From NCBI GenBank assembly GCA_965279035.1, contig OZ257142.1:288001-352000 (forward strand): DNA of 64,000 nucleotides, given 5' to 3'. Position numbers and translations under genes: made by a program. Below the pieces are notes generated by a model. The model had not been told where the DNA came from. It made no database searches and was given only the letters and a program-made list of their open reading frames with translations. Positions 19,709 to 30,301 of the stretch are shown in pieces (the first letter of the stretch is position 1; every line of letters begins with the position of its first letter). Source of the stretch: Bacteroidia bacterium. GTDB taxonomy: Bacteria; Bacteroidota; Bacteroidia; M30B66.

Positions 19709-20215
19709 TCACGATTCTTTCTCAAACTTTTCGATGCGCATACCTATTTCCATAATCATGGGAACTGCCGGCTGACGCATTGCTTGCTCAATGGTAAAGG
19801 TGTATTTTCCTTTTAGTGGAAAGCGAATATTTTGTTTGAAAAGAATCTGACTATCCCATAAATCGCCTAAACCGGAACCACTCCATTTACCATCTGGACT
19901 TTGCAATAAGAATTCAATGGTATCGCGAGCGGCTTTGCCATTGGGGAATTCTGTTTTTAAAAACACAAACAGATTGCTAAACGGATATCCCTCGGCATGA
20001 CGAATATTCATGTAAAAATTGTTTCCACTCAGCGTATCGTCGATGTTTACCTCGAACCGAATGGGCTGATCTACCTTCCAAATATTGTCTGGAATGGGCG
20101 TGTTTTCTTCAAAAACCCGTTGTTTATCGCAGCTGCTTATGAAGAAAATCATAAGCAGAAGCAATACTATCTCAGGCTTCAGGCGTTTGAGGCGGCTTAG
20201 GTGGACGCGGGCCAT
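19709..20215 (-). CDS. gldH: gliding motility lipoprotein GldH
   Basis: Lipobox ISSCD; IRHAEGYPFSNLF, DTIEFLL..PDGKWSGSG, IEQAMR; follows a PSP1 gene. Confidence 0.88.
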   Translation of the reverse strand: MARVHLSRLKRLKPEIVLLLLMIFFISSCDKQRVFEENTPIPDNIWKVDQPIRFEVNIDDTLSGNNFYMNIRHAEGYPFSNLFVFLKTEFPNGKAARDTIEFLLQSPDGKWSGSGLGDLWDSQILFKQNIRFPLKGKYTFTIEQAMRQPAVPMIMEIGMRIEKFEKES

Positions 20216-21554
20216 GATTCGGGCGTTTGTTATTATTGGGACGTTGGCCTTGATTCGAAGGCTGTGGAGGACGATTGGCTGGAGCTGTTTGTGGCGGACG
20301 ATCTCCTTGCGATGGCCGCTGTGGACGGTTTTGCTGAGGAGCTCGCTGAGGATTGGGATTTTGAATTGGAGGATTCATGTCAGCTAACGGATAACGTGAA
20401 CCACTATCAAGTATTTCGGGTTGACCGAATCCCGGCTTTTTCTTTTTCTTCTTTTTCTTGCGTTTCTCACTGTCGAATCGGGTGAGACTATCTTGTCCAA
20501 CCACATTGTCGTAATCAAGCTCTTTTACCACTTTCGGAATCTCCTTTTCGCTCAAAAGAACATCGGGTTTTTCTCCGTTCTTGTTGAGTTCCATGATCAA
20601 CTTTACGCGATCAATGGGCACAGCAATGAAATTTCCTGGATCATCCACATAGGAATAGTACATTACCCGTTTGAAGATATCTGTTTTTTGGTGGAAGGCT
20701 CCGGCTTTCTTGGTTTCTAGACGAGGCGTTCCTTCGGGAAAATCTTTTAAAGCATCGAGGTAAGCATCGAGTTCGTAGTTGAGGCAGCACTTTAATTTTC
20801 CACACTGGCCGGCAAGCTTTTGAGGATTGAGTGAAAGTTGCTGATAACGAGCTGCACTCGTGTTTACCGAGCGAAAATCGCGCAACCACGTAGAGCAACA
20901 TAATTCACGACCGCAAGATCCAATTCCACCAAGGCGCGAACTTTCCTGACGTGAACCAATCTGCTTCATCTCTATTCGAATCTTAAATTCATCCGCTAGG
21001 TGACGAATCAATTCACGAAAATCGACACGGTCTTCGGCGGTATAGTAAAAGATGGCTTTGGTGCTATCGCCTTGATATTCTACATCACTGATCTTCATAT
21101 TCAGCTTCAGTTCAACCGCAATGGCACGAGCGCGCATCATGGTAGATTGCTCTTTCTCAACTGCCGATTCCCATTTTTCTATATCCAAGGGACGCGCTTT
21201 ACGGTAAACCGCTTTGAAAGGTCCTTCGCTTGGAATACCCAGCTTTTTCAACTGTAAGCGAACAAGCTCTCCTGTCATCGACACCATGCCGATATCGTGT
21301 CCCGGAGAAGCTTCAACCGCAATCGCATCGCCCACAACCAATCCTGCCACTTCACCGATTCGGAAATATTCTTTCCGACTGTTTTTAAAACGAACTTCCA
21401 CGATATCGTAAGCTGCTTGACCATTAGGAAGTTCCATATTGGCAAGCCAGTCGAACACGGGCAGTTTGTTACATCCACCTGCATTGCAGGCTCCATTATT
21501 TTTACATCCGGCAGGCAATCCACCTCGCCCGGAAGAGCAACTTGTACAAGCCAT
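20172..21554 (-). CDS. PSP1/RicT (YaaT)-domain protein with low-complexity tail
   Basis: Cys-rich start MACTSC (probable start 21554); FYYTAEDRVDFRELI, GGIGSCGRELCC, KLAGQCGKLKCCLNYE. Confidence 0.9.
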   Translation of the reverse strand: MACTSCSSGRGGLPAGCKNNGACNAGGCNKLPVFDWLANMELPNGQAAYDIVEVRFKNSRKEYFRIGEVAGLVVGDAIAVEASPGHDIGMVSMTGELVRLQLKKLGIPSEGPFKAVYRKARPLDIEKWESAVEKEQSTMMRARAIAVELKLNMKISDVEYQGDSTKAIFYYTAEDRVDFRELIRHLADEFKIRIEMKQIGSRQESSRLGGIGSCGRELCCSTWLRDFRSVNTSAARYQQLSLNPQKLAGQCGKLKCCLNYELDAYLDALKDFPEGTPRLETKKAGAFHQKTDIFKRVMYYSYVDDPGNFIAVPIDRVKLIMELNKNGEKPDVLLSEKEIPKVVKELDYDNVVGQDSLTRFDSEKRKKKKKKKKPGFGQPEILDSGSRYPLADMNPPIQNPNPQRAPQQNRPQRPSQGDRPPQTAPANRPPQPSNQGQRPNNNKRPNHGPRPPKPPQTPEA

Positions 21555-21668
21555 TGAATTAATCTTATATATCAGCAGATCTATCGTAGCAGGCAATCCA
21601 ACATTCAACACCAAGCCTTACGAGATCCGATGCCACAAAACTGGCGAAAAAAACTGAATGTTCGTCAA

Positions 21669-22817
21669 TCAGGAAGGGTTTGCAACCCGCGACTTTTCTT
21701 TTCGAAACACATCGGAGATCTGAAGTGAGGTATCGAAAAAGATGATTTTAGGATGCCCATTGCGTTCGATATGAGCACTTGCATCGTTGATATAACTGCT
21801 AATGACGCTATAATTCCCCGGATGAAAAAAGCGACTAAACTTCTCTAAAAAAACTCGTTCGCCAGCCGTTAGTCTATTCAGTTGCGGTTGATGATTCATG
21901 AGCATCGTTTGCCGAATCATGTAAAGAGCATAAGCGAAAAAGCCTTTTTGCCACTCTCTTCCTTCTTTGGCAAATTGATCGGTAATGCGTAAAAGTTCAC
22001 TCACCTGAAATCCATAACAGTAGAGCATCCAATTGCGAAAAAGTTCCAATTGTTGATCGGCTTCATCGCTGTTTTCGAGCATCCAACGCGCTTGAGCCAA
22101 ATTTCCTTCGGCTACTTCGGCAGCCATGGTACATCGATCGAGTGGCAAACCAGAATGTTGGTGCAAAATGTGAGCGGCTTCTGTTGCCGTGTAAGCGGGC
22201 ACTTTCATCAACTGTGTGCGCGAACGAATGGTTGCTAACAACTCGTCGGGATGTTGCGAAATAAGAAAAAGAATGGTTTTTTCGGGTGGCTCCTCCAAGG
22301 TTTTAAGGATGCGATTGGCGCCTTCAACACGCATTTTCTCAGGCAGCCAAATAATCATGAATTTGTATTCCGACTCAAACGCCTTAAACGTTAATCGCTT
22401 GATAATTTCGTTGGCTTCGTAGTTTGAAATAAAAGGTTGCTTGTTTCCAATGTCGATGGCATCTACCCATTGATCAATTCCGAGATATGGATCTTTGTGA
22501 AGTTCGGCACGCCAGAGTTCGAGAAAAGGTTGTGTGTGAAGTTCAGTTGTTGGTTTTTCCCAATTGACAGGAACTGAAAAGTGCAAATCGGGATGAGCCA
22601 GTTTGCGAAATTTGACACAGGAAGTACAGTGACCACAACTATCGGTTTCACTCGGGTGTTGACAGGCAATAAACTGAGCAAAAGCGATGCTTAAAGGCAA
22701 TGCTGCCGAACCTTCGGGACCTGCAAAAAGCTGTGCATGAGGAATGCGATTTTCATGAACGCTCTGAACGAGGCGTTGTTTCAAGTGTTCATGTCCGGGA
22801 ATCTCGGAAAACTGCAT
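21669..22817 (-). CDS. holB: DNA polymerase III delta-prime subunit
   Basis: PHAQLFAGPEG, zinc cluster CGHCTSC, HPDLHF, ILKTLEEPP, TIRSRTQ. Confidence 0.9.
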   Translation of the reverse strand: MQFSEIPGHEHLKQRLVQSVHENRIPHAQLFAGPEGSAALPLSIAFAQFIACQHPSETDSCGHCTSCVKFRKLAHPDLHFSVPVNWEKPTTELHTQPFLELWRAELHKDPYLGIDQWVDAIDIGNKQPFISNYEANEIIKRLTFKAFESEYKFMIIWLPEKMRVEGANRILKTLEEPPEKTILFLISQHPDELLATIRSRTQLMKVPAYTATEAAHILHQHSGLPLDRCTMAAEVAEGNLAQARWMLENSDEADQQLELFRNWMLYCYGFQVSELLRITDQFAKEGREWQKGFFAYALYMIRQTMLMNHQPQLNRLTAGERVFLEKFSRFFHPGNYSVISSYINDASAHIERNGHPKIIFFDTSLQISDVFRKEKSRVANPS

Positions 22818-22908
22818 GGGGCGAAAGTACGGAAAAAGGGATGGATGATCGATTTCTGCTTTAGGCTAAGCCTTTTTTTCTCAAATTCGCCTGCTCAAAA
22901 CTTTCCCT

Positions 22909-24099
22909 ATGCTCTCTATCGAAACCGCCGATTTCTCTGGAAAAAAAGTCCTTATTCGTGTTGATTTTAATGTGCCTTTGGATGCCAACTTGAATGTAAG
23001 TGACGATACTCGCATTCGTGCTGCGATTCCGACCATTCAAAAAGTGCTTTCGGGCGGAGGTGCTGTTATTTTGATGTCGCATTTGGGAAGACCAAAAGCT
23101 GGCCCAGAGGATAAATTTTCTTTGAAACATATTTGCGGAAAAGTTGCTGAATTACTAGGAAAGCCGGTTTTTTTCGCCGCGAATTGTATTGGACCAATTG
23201 CAGAAGCCGCCGTAAAGAATTTGAAATCGGGAGAGGTGTTGCTTCTTGAAAATTTGCGTTTTTATAAGGAAGAGGAAGCTGGCGATATTGATTTTGCTAA
23301 GAAACTAGCTGGATTGGGCGATGTGTATATGAACGATGCCTTTGGAACGGCTCACCGCGCTCATGCTTCTACAGCTGTAATCGCTCAATTTTTTCCTGTT
23401 CAGAAATTGTTTGGCTATGTGATGCAGGGCGAAATTGATGCAATTGATCGCGTATTGCAGCATCCTGTTCATCCTGTTTTAGCCATTATGGGTGGAGCCA
23501 AAGTGAGTAGCAAGATTTCGATCATCGAAAATATTCTTCCCAAAGTGAATCATTTGATTATTGGTGGAGGAATGACATTCACGTTTATCAAGGCATTGGG
23601 CGGACAAATTGGTTCTTCGCTGGTTGAAGATGAGCAGTTGAATCTTGCTTTGGAATTATTAGAGAAAGCAAAAACAATGGGGGTAGAAATTCACCTTCCG
23701 GTGGATGCGGTAATTGCAGATAAGTTTGCTGCCGATGCCCAAACACAAACTACCGATGTGAATAATATTCCTGCAGGTTGGATGGGATTGGATATAGGAC
23801 CAAAAACGATTGCACTTTTTGCGGACGTTATAAAATCATGTAAAACCATTTTGTGGAATGGACCCATGGGCGTTTTTGAGATGAAAGCATTCGAAAATGG
23901 TACACATCAAGTGGCCATGGCTATTGTTGCTGCAACAGAAGCAGGAAGTTTTTCTTTGGTTGGAGGTGGAGATTCGGTAGCTGCGGTAAACCAATTTGAC
24001 ATCGCCGATCGGGTTTCGTATGTGAGCACGGGTGGTGGTGCTTTGCTCGAATACATGGAAGGAATTGAATTGCCGGGTGTTGCGGCTATTCGGGGATAA
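22909..24099 (+). CDS. pgk: phosphoglycerate kinase
   Basis: [38 protein letters not shown]. Confidence 0.98.
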   Translation: MLSIETADFSGKKVLIRVDFNVPLDANLNVSDDTRIRAAIPTIQKVLSGGGAVILMSHLGRPKAGPEDKFSLKHICGKVAELLGKPVFFAANCIGPIAEAAVKNLKSGEVLLLENLRFYKEEEAGDIDFAKKLAGLGDVYMNDAFGTAHRAHASTAVIAQFFPVQKLFGYVMQGEIDAIDRVLQHPVHPVLAIMGGAKVSSKISIIENILPKVNHLIIGGGMTFTFIKALGGQIGSSLVEDEQLNLALELLEKAKTMGVEIHLPVDAVIADKFAADAQTQTTDVNNIPAGWMGLDIGPKTIALFADVIKSCKTILWNGPMGVFEMKAFENGTHQVAMAIVAATEAGSFSLVGGGDSVAAVNQFDIADRVSYVSTGGGALLEYMEGIELPGVAAIRG

Positions 24100-24101
24100 T
24101 T

Positions 24102-25028
24102 TTATTTGGAAAAAACATAACCCAAAGAAAATTCTCCTGCCCAAGTACCAGGAGGCCAGCGTGTTTCATTATACGAATACGTAGTTCTGAAACATGCTTG
24201 TACAGATGAACTTGGTTTCCAAAAAAAGGCATTCCGAATTTGGATATCAATGTCACCATTTAGACTGATTGGATAAAACCACAGACTTGAGTGTTCCCAT
24301 CGAAAGTGATTTCCAATTGATTTTTCTAATCGAGATTGAAGGTTGAATCCGCCTTCGATTTTATAGTGCTTTTCTATGGGAACACCAGCTAGTTCTTTGC
24401 TTTGTTGCATGGAATATAAACGTTGGTTCAATATCCAAATCAGTTTTCCAGAAGCAAGTCCGAATTCAATTTTCCCCAATTTTCCGGGTTGATATTCGAT
24501 TCCTCCATTGAGTAATAAAGAACCAGGAGAGAAGAAACCTGCGTTTTGAATTTGAATCATTCTGCCACTAGAATCTTGCGAAGTAGAATACGTTCGTAAT
24601 TTTTGTGATTGAATACTACTATTCATTTGCCATCTCAATAGACGTTCTGAGCTTGGGGCAATTCCAACTTTCAACCGACTTAAGTCTTTATCAGGAGTGA
24701 ATACACTATCTGGAATCCAAGCAAATCCAGTTTCATCATAAAGGTCGAGGCTTTTCTCACAAATGGCATTGGTTTTTACTTTTCTAAATGAAGAAATAGA
24801 AGAGGCATTCATTTTATAAACTGGTGATTTTAATGAAATGGTATTATCAAGCTTGAATGCCGAAAAGAGCAATGTGATTTCTAATTTTTTATCCAGCTTT
24901 TTTTTATTTTGTTGTTGAATGGAATCTTTAATTATAGGATAAATTCGAACGTATTTACAAGGATCGGATTGGGCAATAGTATAGGTTGTCAGCACTTCGA
25001 AAAGGCAGATCATTATGGCTTTTTTCAT
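24102..25028 (-). CDS. DUF3078-like outer-membrane beta-barrel protein
   Basis: Signal peptide; FFSPGSLLLNGGIEY and terminal FSLGYVF strand. Confidence 0.55.
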   Translation of the reverse strand: MKKAIMICLFEVLTTYTIAQSDPCKYVRIYPIIKDSIQQQNKKKLDKKLEITLLFSAFKLDNTISLKSPVYKMNASSISSFRKVKTNAICEKSLDLYDETGFAWIPDSVFTPDKDLSRLKVGIAPSSERLLRWQMNSSIQSQKLRTYSTSQDSSGRMIQIQNAGFFSPGSLLLNGGIEYQPGKLGKIEFGLASGKLIWILNQRLYSMQQSKELAGVPIEKHYKIEGGFNLQSRLEKSIGNHFRWEHSSLWFYPISLNGDIDIQIRNAFFWKPSSSVQACFRTTYSYNETRWPPGTWAGEFSLGYVFSK

Positions 25029-25075
25029 GGTTGATTATTGGCGGATGAATGGAACGCCTGACCAACCGGAACGGG

Positions 25076-25615
25076 TTAATGATGGAAATCCTGATTAACA
25101 AAAAAGAGGGTGATCCGAATCTCAGGATGGTGTTTTTGAAAAAGCGTTAGTTCGCTCATTCTAGATAACTGCGCATCGATGGCGCTGTGTGTTGTCCAAT
25201 AACAGACAATAATCCATTGGTTTTCTAATGGAAAATGAGGAATTGATTTATTGGAAATATCCCATCGACTCATTTCAAGATAAATGTTTTGGGAACTATC
25301 GATGGATGTTGAAGAATAGGAATAATCTTGAGCAATAATTTTCCGAAGTATTTCGGAATAAGGAAAATCGGATTGGTTATTTAGAGAAATTAAAAATCCG
25401 TGTTGATTGTATGTAAGTACTTTGCAATAGGATTCACGAATTGAAATAAGCAGGTATTCTGGTAAAATAGAATAAGCGTTTTTATTAATTTGATTGAAGT
25501 TAATAGTGTCGCTTTTCTCACTTTTAAAAAAACGTGAATCAGCAGTTAAAGATTGGCAATTAAGAGCGTTTTGCCCCAATAGAGATAAAGCAATAAAAAA
25601 ATATAAGAATGGCAT
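25076..25615 (-). CDS. exported hypothetical protein, degenerate thioredoxin-like C-terminus
   Basis: Signal peptide; IIVCYW...FFVNQDF shared with the upstream neighbour. Confidence 0.55.
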   Translation of the reverse strand: MPFLYFFIALSLLGQNALNCQSLTADSRFFKSEKSDTINFNQINKNAYSILPEYLLISIRESYCKVLTYNQHGFLISLNNQSDFPYSEILRKIIAQDYSYSSTSIDSSQNIYLEMSRWDISNKSIPHFPLENQWIIVCYWTTHSAIDAQLSRMSELTLFQKHHPEIRITLFFVNQDFHH

Positions 25616-25630
25616 AATACATAGTTGTAA

Positions 25631-26230
25631 CTAATTAATTTTTGCGTCTAAAATAATTCCTAGACCGTCTCTAAAATCTTGGTTAACGAATATTAATTTA
25701 AATGTGGCTGTTTTATTTTCAGAAACTGCCTTTCTTAAACTTTTAATTTTCTTTTTATGATTAGGCGTACCTCCAAATAAATTCCAATAACAAACTATAA
25801 TGTAATCTGTCTTTCCTGTAATTTCTTCATTATAAGGCAAATTATTATTTAGATAAACCCATTTCTTTTTTTCGTTTTCTATTGTTTTAGAACTATCTCG
25901 TGAATAATAAGTTGTTTGGGATAATCCATTAATAACATTAATAACATTCCCTGAACAAGAAGGGTTGGGAAATGTAGAATTAAAACTCAATTTCAAACCA
26001 TTATTATCAAAGATATAAGTTTCACAAGCATCCTTATTTATACATGATAAAATACTATCTGAGTTAACCATAAGTAGTTCATCTATTTTCAATTTTTTCT
26101 TCATATTGAATTTGGAAATTGAATTCGGGGTTTCCAATCTAGGGCTATGAAAACCAATGTAAGCATATGCAAGTCTTTTACATGATGAAGTTAAAGACAG
26201 CAAAATCAGAAGAATTAAAAATTGTTTCAT
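25631..26230 (-). CDS. hypothetical lipoprotein, degenerate thioredoxin-like C-terminus
   Basis: Lipobox LTSSC; IIVCYW...IFVNQDF; start at 26230 or 26239. Confidence 0.6.
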   Translation of the reverse strand: MKQFLILLILLSLTSSCKRLAYAYIGFHSPRLETPNSISKFNMKKKLKIDELLMVNSDSILSCINKDACETYIFDNNGLKLSFNSTFPNPSCSGNVINVINGLSQTTYYSRDSSKTIENEKKKWVYLNNNLPYNEEITGKTDYIIVCYWNLFGGTPNHKKKIKSLRKAVSENKTATFKLIFVNQDFRDGLGIILDAKIN

Positions 26231-26240
26231 AAAAATCATT

Positions 26241-26280
26241 TAAATCCACCCCTAGTTTTAAAACTAAGGGTGGAATTTAG
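26241..26280. terminator. long near-perfect intergenic hairpin
   Basis: CCACCCCTAGTTTT/AAAACTAAGGGTGG fills the whole gap between two co-oriented genes; no clear U-tract, so it may be a stabilising or attenuating stem. Confidence 0.5.
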
Positions 26281-26281
26281 A

Positions 26282-26740
26282 TTACTTAGTAATTACTTTT
26301 AAACGTGATGTTATTGAACCATCAGCATTTCTTTTATTTTGATATTCACCCTGAGGAATAATCATTGAATTAAAACCAAATTCTTTACAAAGATTTTTTG
26401 ATAACGAAGTGTTTTTAATAACACTCATGAAGTCTTCAAAAGGTTCGTTTGGAAGAAAAAATGTAAATAATAATTCTCCGCTTTTTTCCATTGCTACAGT
26501 AGCTATAATAGTTCCTGGTAATGCTGATGTTCTTTCGGACACTATCTCAAGACCAAACTCAATATCTAAACATTGTAATGAGATCTTTTTACACTGCTCA
26601 TCATTCTTTCCTATTTCCCCAAGAATTCTAATTGTTGCTTTTAACGGTAATGGAGCCTTTTTAAAATTCCTCACATTAGAAAATCCAGTTGTGCTTACCA
26701 TTACACACACCATCATAATAAATAATTTAATCGTTTTCAT
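26282..26740 (-). CDS. secreted hypothetical protein with a Cys pair
   Basis: Signal peptide; GKNDEQCKKISLQC motif; AT-rich coding sequence. Confidence 0.65.
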   Translation of the reverse strand: MKTIKLFIMMVCVMVSTTGFSNVRNFKKAPLPLKATIRILGEIGKNDEQCKKISLQCLDIEFGLEIVSERTSALPGTIIATVAMEKSGELLFTFFLPNEPFEDFMSVIKNTSLSKNLCKEFGFNSMIIPQGEYQNKRNADGSITSRLKVITK

Positions 26741-27002
26741 AAGTTTAAAATAGATAGGTTATTAATACGGTTTTACGTTTCCTAATTGGTGAGGCGAACG
26801 TGGCTGCCGACATTGAAATTCCTCCCGAAATTACCCTGTCATCGAATTAATAGCTCAATGGGACTGAAATTGTTTCACAAACATAATAGACAAATACAAC
26901 ACGTTGTTTTGCGCCACATGCAAAACTTTTTCGTCTGATGCAATCGGTGTGAAATAAAATATTTTTAAATTGCCTACACTATTAATCTATATTCTAATCC
27001 TT

Positions 27003-27371
27003 ATGAAAATCACAGAAAAAATACGTGAGATACGTACTCAAAAAAATCTATCTCAAGAATATTTAGCTTCTTATTTAGGTATCGACACTTCCAGTTATCA
27101 TCGCTTAGAACGCGGTGTTTGTCCACTCACCATCCAACGTTTAGAACGCATTGCCGAAGCATTTTCAATGAGCGTTCCTGAACTACTCTACGAAGACAGC
27201 CATTCTATTTCTAACACAAAAAGTCTCGAAAATTACATTCATCACCTTGAAGAAGAAATCCAATTTCTTCGGGCGCAACTTCAGGAAAACAATACACTTT
27301 CGAAAACGGCTCTTCCTTCTAGCAGAACATCACCCTTTCACACCGAAAGCATGCATCGCATACGGGGTTGA
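27003..27371 (+). CDS. XRE/Cro-C1 helix-turn-helix regulator
   Basis: KIREIRTQKNLSQEYLASYLGIDTSSYHRLERG...LERIAEAF, C-terminal coiled coil; ATG at 27003 preferred. Confidence 0.88.
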   Translation: MKITEKIREIRTQKNLSQEYLASYLGIDTSSYHRLERGVCPLTIQRLERIAEAFSMSVPELLYEDSHSISNTKSLENYIHHLEEEIQFLRAQLQENNTLSKTALPSSRTSPFHTESMHRIRG

Positions 27372-28391
27372 TTAATTCTTTATCATCCTCAACCAACTTT
27401 GCTTTCCATCTTGCACCAGTCTCAGTCGATAAAAGCCTGGCGAAAGGTTCATAATAGGGAGTTTTAAACTATGATCTTCAGGCATTGCTTCTTGGAAAGA
27501 GAGCTGCGTTCCATCGTTTTTATAGACGCTAATCTCTACCCGACTACTTAACAATGGACTAATAACCACCCAATCTTTCGCTGGATTGGGATACAATTTT
27601 ACGTTTAATAGCTCCTGTGTTGGGATTCCTAAAATCAATGTATCTCCGCCTCCTGAACCACCGCCACCTGTACTTCCACTACCTGAACCATTGGGGGGAA
27701 TTATAAAACACGGATCTGTTGTTGAAGCAGTATAGCCGCTATTATTGGCATACAGGCTCGTTCCATTTAATTCTACACAGGTAAGCAAATAAGGCTGTGG
27801 TCCAACAACTCCCCATTCGGGCATACGCGAGAACAATCCGGTTTTAGCTCCAATGCCTTCAATCCAAATATCGGCTTGAGGATCCAATTGACTGAGTGCT
27901 TGAGCAGGAAGCATATTCACCATTGCAGGATCGTGAATGTATAAGCGTTTGCGCACAATGCCATTGAAGGTTACAGTATTGGTTTTATACACTTTTCCTA
28001 TAACGTACTGTGGCAAAACTCCTTGATTGAAATCACCAATGGGACGATAAAAATGAACCGTGTCGCCTGTCACTTTGGTGTAATCGTATAAAAGTTGTTC
28101 GGTCGAAAAACCTTTTTCAATCACCCAAACTTTCCCATTTTCTTCGCGCAAAGCCGATTTATAATCTGCACTGTCAGCATTGAAATTAAACGGAACGGTA
28201 CTTCCCTGAGCAAGCACTTTTTTGAAGGTTTTGCCATTCAACAGGGTATCTCCTCCAAGTTGATATTTAACATTGAGGAAGAAATAATCGCCGTAACAGG
28301 TCCAAATCTTATTGCTTTCGAGAAGCGGATTCTGAGCTCCAAGCGTCGTTGCGCCAAGCAGGGTGATAGAGAACAGCCACTTTTTCATCAC
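27372..28391 (-). CDS. T9SS type A sorting-domain protein
   Basis: Signal peptide, WIEGIG motif, Gly/Ser linker, CTD KLYPNPAKD...GFYRLRL. Confidence 0.8.
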   Translation of the reverse strand: MMKKWLFSITLLGATTLGAQNPLLESNKIWTCYGDYFFLNVKYQLGGDTLLNGKTFKKVLAQGSTVPFNFNADSADYKSALREENGKVWVIEKGFSTEQLLYDYTKVTGDTVHFYRPIGDFNQGVLPQYVIGKVYKTNTVTFNGIVRKRLYIHDPAMVNMLPAQALSQLDPQADIWIEGIGAKTGLFSRMPEWGVVGPQPYLLTCVELNGTSLYANNSGYTASTTDPCFIIPPNGSGSGSTGGGGSGGGDTLILGIPTQELLNVKLYPNPAKDWVVISPLLSSRVEISVYKNDGTQLSFQEAMPEDHSLKLPIMNLSPGFYRLRLVQDGKQSWLRMIKN

Positions 28392-28532
28392 ACAAACAAT
28401 TTGAAATGAATAAAGTCGAAGGCTGTTTCATGCTCTTTTATACCTCCCCGATTTTAAAAAGATACGCCCATGTAAGTTTTAGAAACAGAAAGCAAAATCT
28501 CCTCAATGCTCAGATAGCTTTATATTTGACGC

Positions 28533-29291
28533 ATGCAAAACCAACAATTCATCGGAATTATTCCGGCGCGTTATGCGAGTAGTCGTTTTCCTGGAAAGCC
28601 TTTGGTAGAAATCAATGGAAAAACAATGATTCGACGTGTTGTTGAACAAGCGCTGCAAAGTAAATCGCTAACCCGCGTCATTGTTGCCACCGACGATGAA
28701 AGAATAGAAGCCGAAGTGCGCTCATTTGGTGGTGAAGTGGTGATGACTTCTCCCGAACATCCAAGCGGAACCGATCGTTGCGCAGAAGTCATTCGGATTT
28801 TAGGAGATACCGTTCATGCCGATGCTGTAGTAATTAATATTCAAGGTGATGAACCCTTTATAGATCCCGGACAGATTGATGTTTTATGCTCCTGTTTTAT
28901 GGATGAAAACGTTGAGTTAGGAACATTGGTTCGACGTTTTTCGCATGGGGAAGATGTGTTAAACCCCAACATGATTAAGGTTATTCGTGATGTAAATGGA
29001 TTTGGAATCTACTTTAGTCGAGCCTCAATTCCTTTTGAACGCGATGCACCACAAGGGAAACTGCCTGATTTGAATTCGCATTTTCAACACATCGGTTTGT
29101 ATGGATATCGGGCAGCCACACTTTTAAAAGTTTCTCAACTACCTATTTCCTTTTTAGAAAATACCGAGAAATTAGAGCAGTTACGCTGGATTGAGAACGG
29201 TTATCGCATCATGACAGCATTGAGTGATCATGAAAGTTGGAGCGTTGATACACCCGAAGATTTGAAAAAAATCCAAAGCCGCTTTGACTAA
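28533..29291 (+). CDS. kdsB: CMP-Kdo synthetase
   Basis: IIPARYASSRFPGKPL, SGTDR, NIQGDEP, HIGLYGY, EKLEQLR. Confidence 0.96.
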   Translation: MQNQQFIGIIPARYASSRFPGKPLVEINGKTMIRRVVEQALQSKSLTRVIVATDDERIEAEVRSFGGEVVMTSPEHPSGTDRCAEVIRILGDTVHADAVVINIQGDEPFIDPGQIDVLCSCFMDENVELGTLVRRFSHGEDVLNPNMIKVIRDVNGFGIYFSRASIPFERDAPQGKLPDLNSHFQHIGLYGYRAATLLKVSQLPISFLENTEKLEQLRWIENGYRIMTALSDHESWSVDTPEDLKKIQSRFD

Positions 29292-29317
29292 CCAAAAAGC
29301 GCTCTATATTTGAGCAA

Positions 29318-30301
29318 ATGGATCACGCCAGTTTTTCAAGTCGTAATGTGCAGGTTGCTAGCTTAGTGGCTAATTTGCTGCATAAACATGATTGCATTAT
29401 TCTTCCCGGTTTTGGTGGATTAATAGGCAATTATGCACCAGCGCGTGTGCATCCTGTTACCCATGTGTTTCAACCACCTTCCAAGCAATTGGTTTTCAAC
29501 CGAAGCTTAACCACAGATGATGGTTTATTGATTAACGAATGGGTAAAAAGTGCAAGTGTTTCATTTTCAGATGCTCGCCAACTTATTGCAGAATATGTTG
29601 AAACACTCAATATAAATCTGCTTGCTGGTGAGCGTATCGAATGGAATGAAATAGGAACATTCAGTACCGATGTAGAGCGAAACATTCAATTCAAAGTTGC
29701 TTCATCTCATAATTATTTACCTGAAGCCATTGGATTGTACGCCATTCAGGTTCAGCCGATCAATCGCTTTCCTATTCCTGAGCGTCGCCCCGAGCCCGTT
29801 TTTGTAAATCGTGATATCGTTCCTCCGGTAATAGTAAGCCGCAAATTTCCTGTACGTCGGGTTTTGCAAGCAATTCCAGTTTTATTGATTGCTGCTTTTA
29901 TTGGTATAAATGCTAGTTTGCCCGAAGGGAAAGGAATTTCCAAGGCTGATTTGAATATTTTCAAGAGTGATGTTCGAATTCCGGAACGAGCAATGAATGT
30001 TCGAAATAATTCCCCATTACCCAGTGTCCGCAAGGCATTTCTTCCTCCGGTTGAAGTTGCATTTAGTGCCGAAAGTGCTAAGATTTTCATTGTTGCCGGT
30101 TGCTATTCTACCGAATCCAACGCCGATGGAATGGTTGATTACCTGAGTGAAAAAGGATTCAACGCATTTCTTCTCGACCGCACTCCTGCCGGCTTATACC
30201 GTGTAGTTTACGGTAGTTATCCAAGTATTTCTGAAGCCAGCCAAGAGTTGACTTCCATTCGCAAAGGGCTGAACGAAGAAGCCTGGTTATTAATTCGATA
30301 A
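29318..30301 (+). CDS. HU/CCDC81-like domain plus SPOR-domain membrane protein
   Basis: LLHKHDCIILPGFGG..PPSKQLVFN..DDGLL N-terminus, one TM helix, C-terminal IVAGCYS..NA..YRVVYGSY..AWLL. Confidence 0.8.
   Translation: MDHASFSSRNVQVASLVANLLHKHDCIILPGFGGLIGNYAPARVHPVTHVFQPPSKQLVFNRSLTTDDGLLINEWVKSASVSFSDARQLIAEYVETLNINLLAGERIEWNEIGTFSTDVERNIQFKVASSHNYLPEAIGLYAIQVQPINRFPIPERRPEPVFVNRDIVPPVIVSRKFPVRRVLQAIPVLLIAAFIGINASLPEGKGISKADLNIFKSDVRIPERAMNVRNNSPLPSVRKAFLPPVEVAFSAESAKIFIVAGCYSTESNADGMVDYLSEKGFNAFLLDRTPAGLYRVVYGSYPSISEASQELTSIRKGLNEEAWLLIR

Noticed and set aside
26760-26870. Riboswitch or structured leader upstream of the 152-aa gene
   Set aside because: The patch is somewhat GC-richer, but I could not identify a known motif or convincing long stems by eye; an Rfam scan would settle it.
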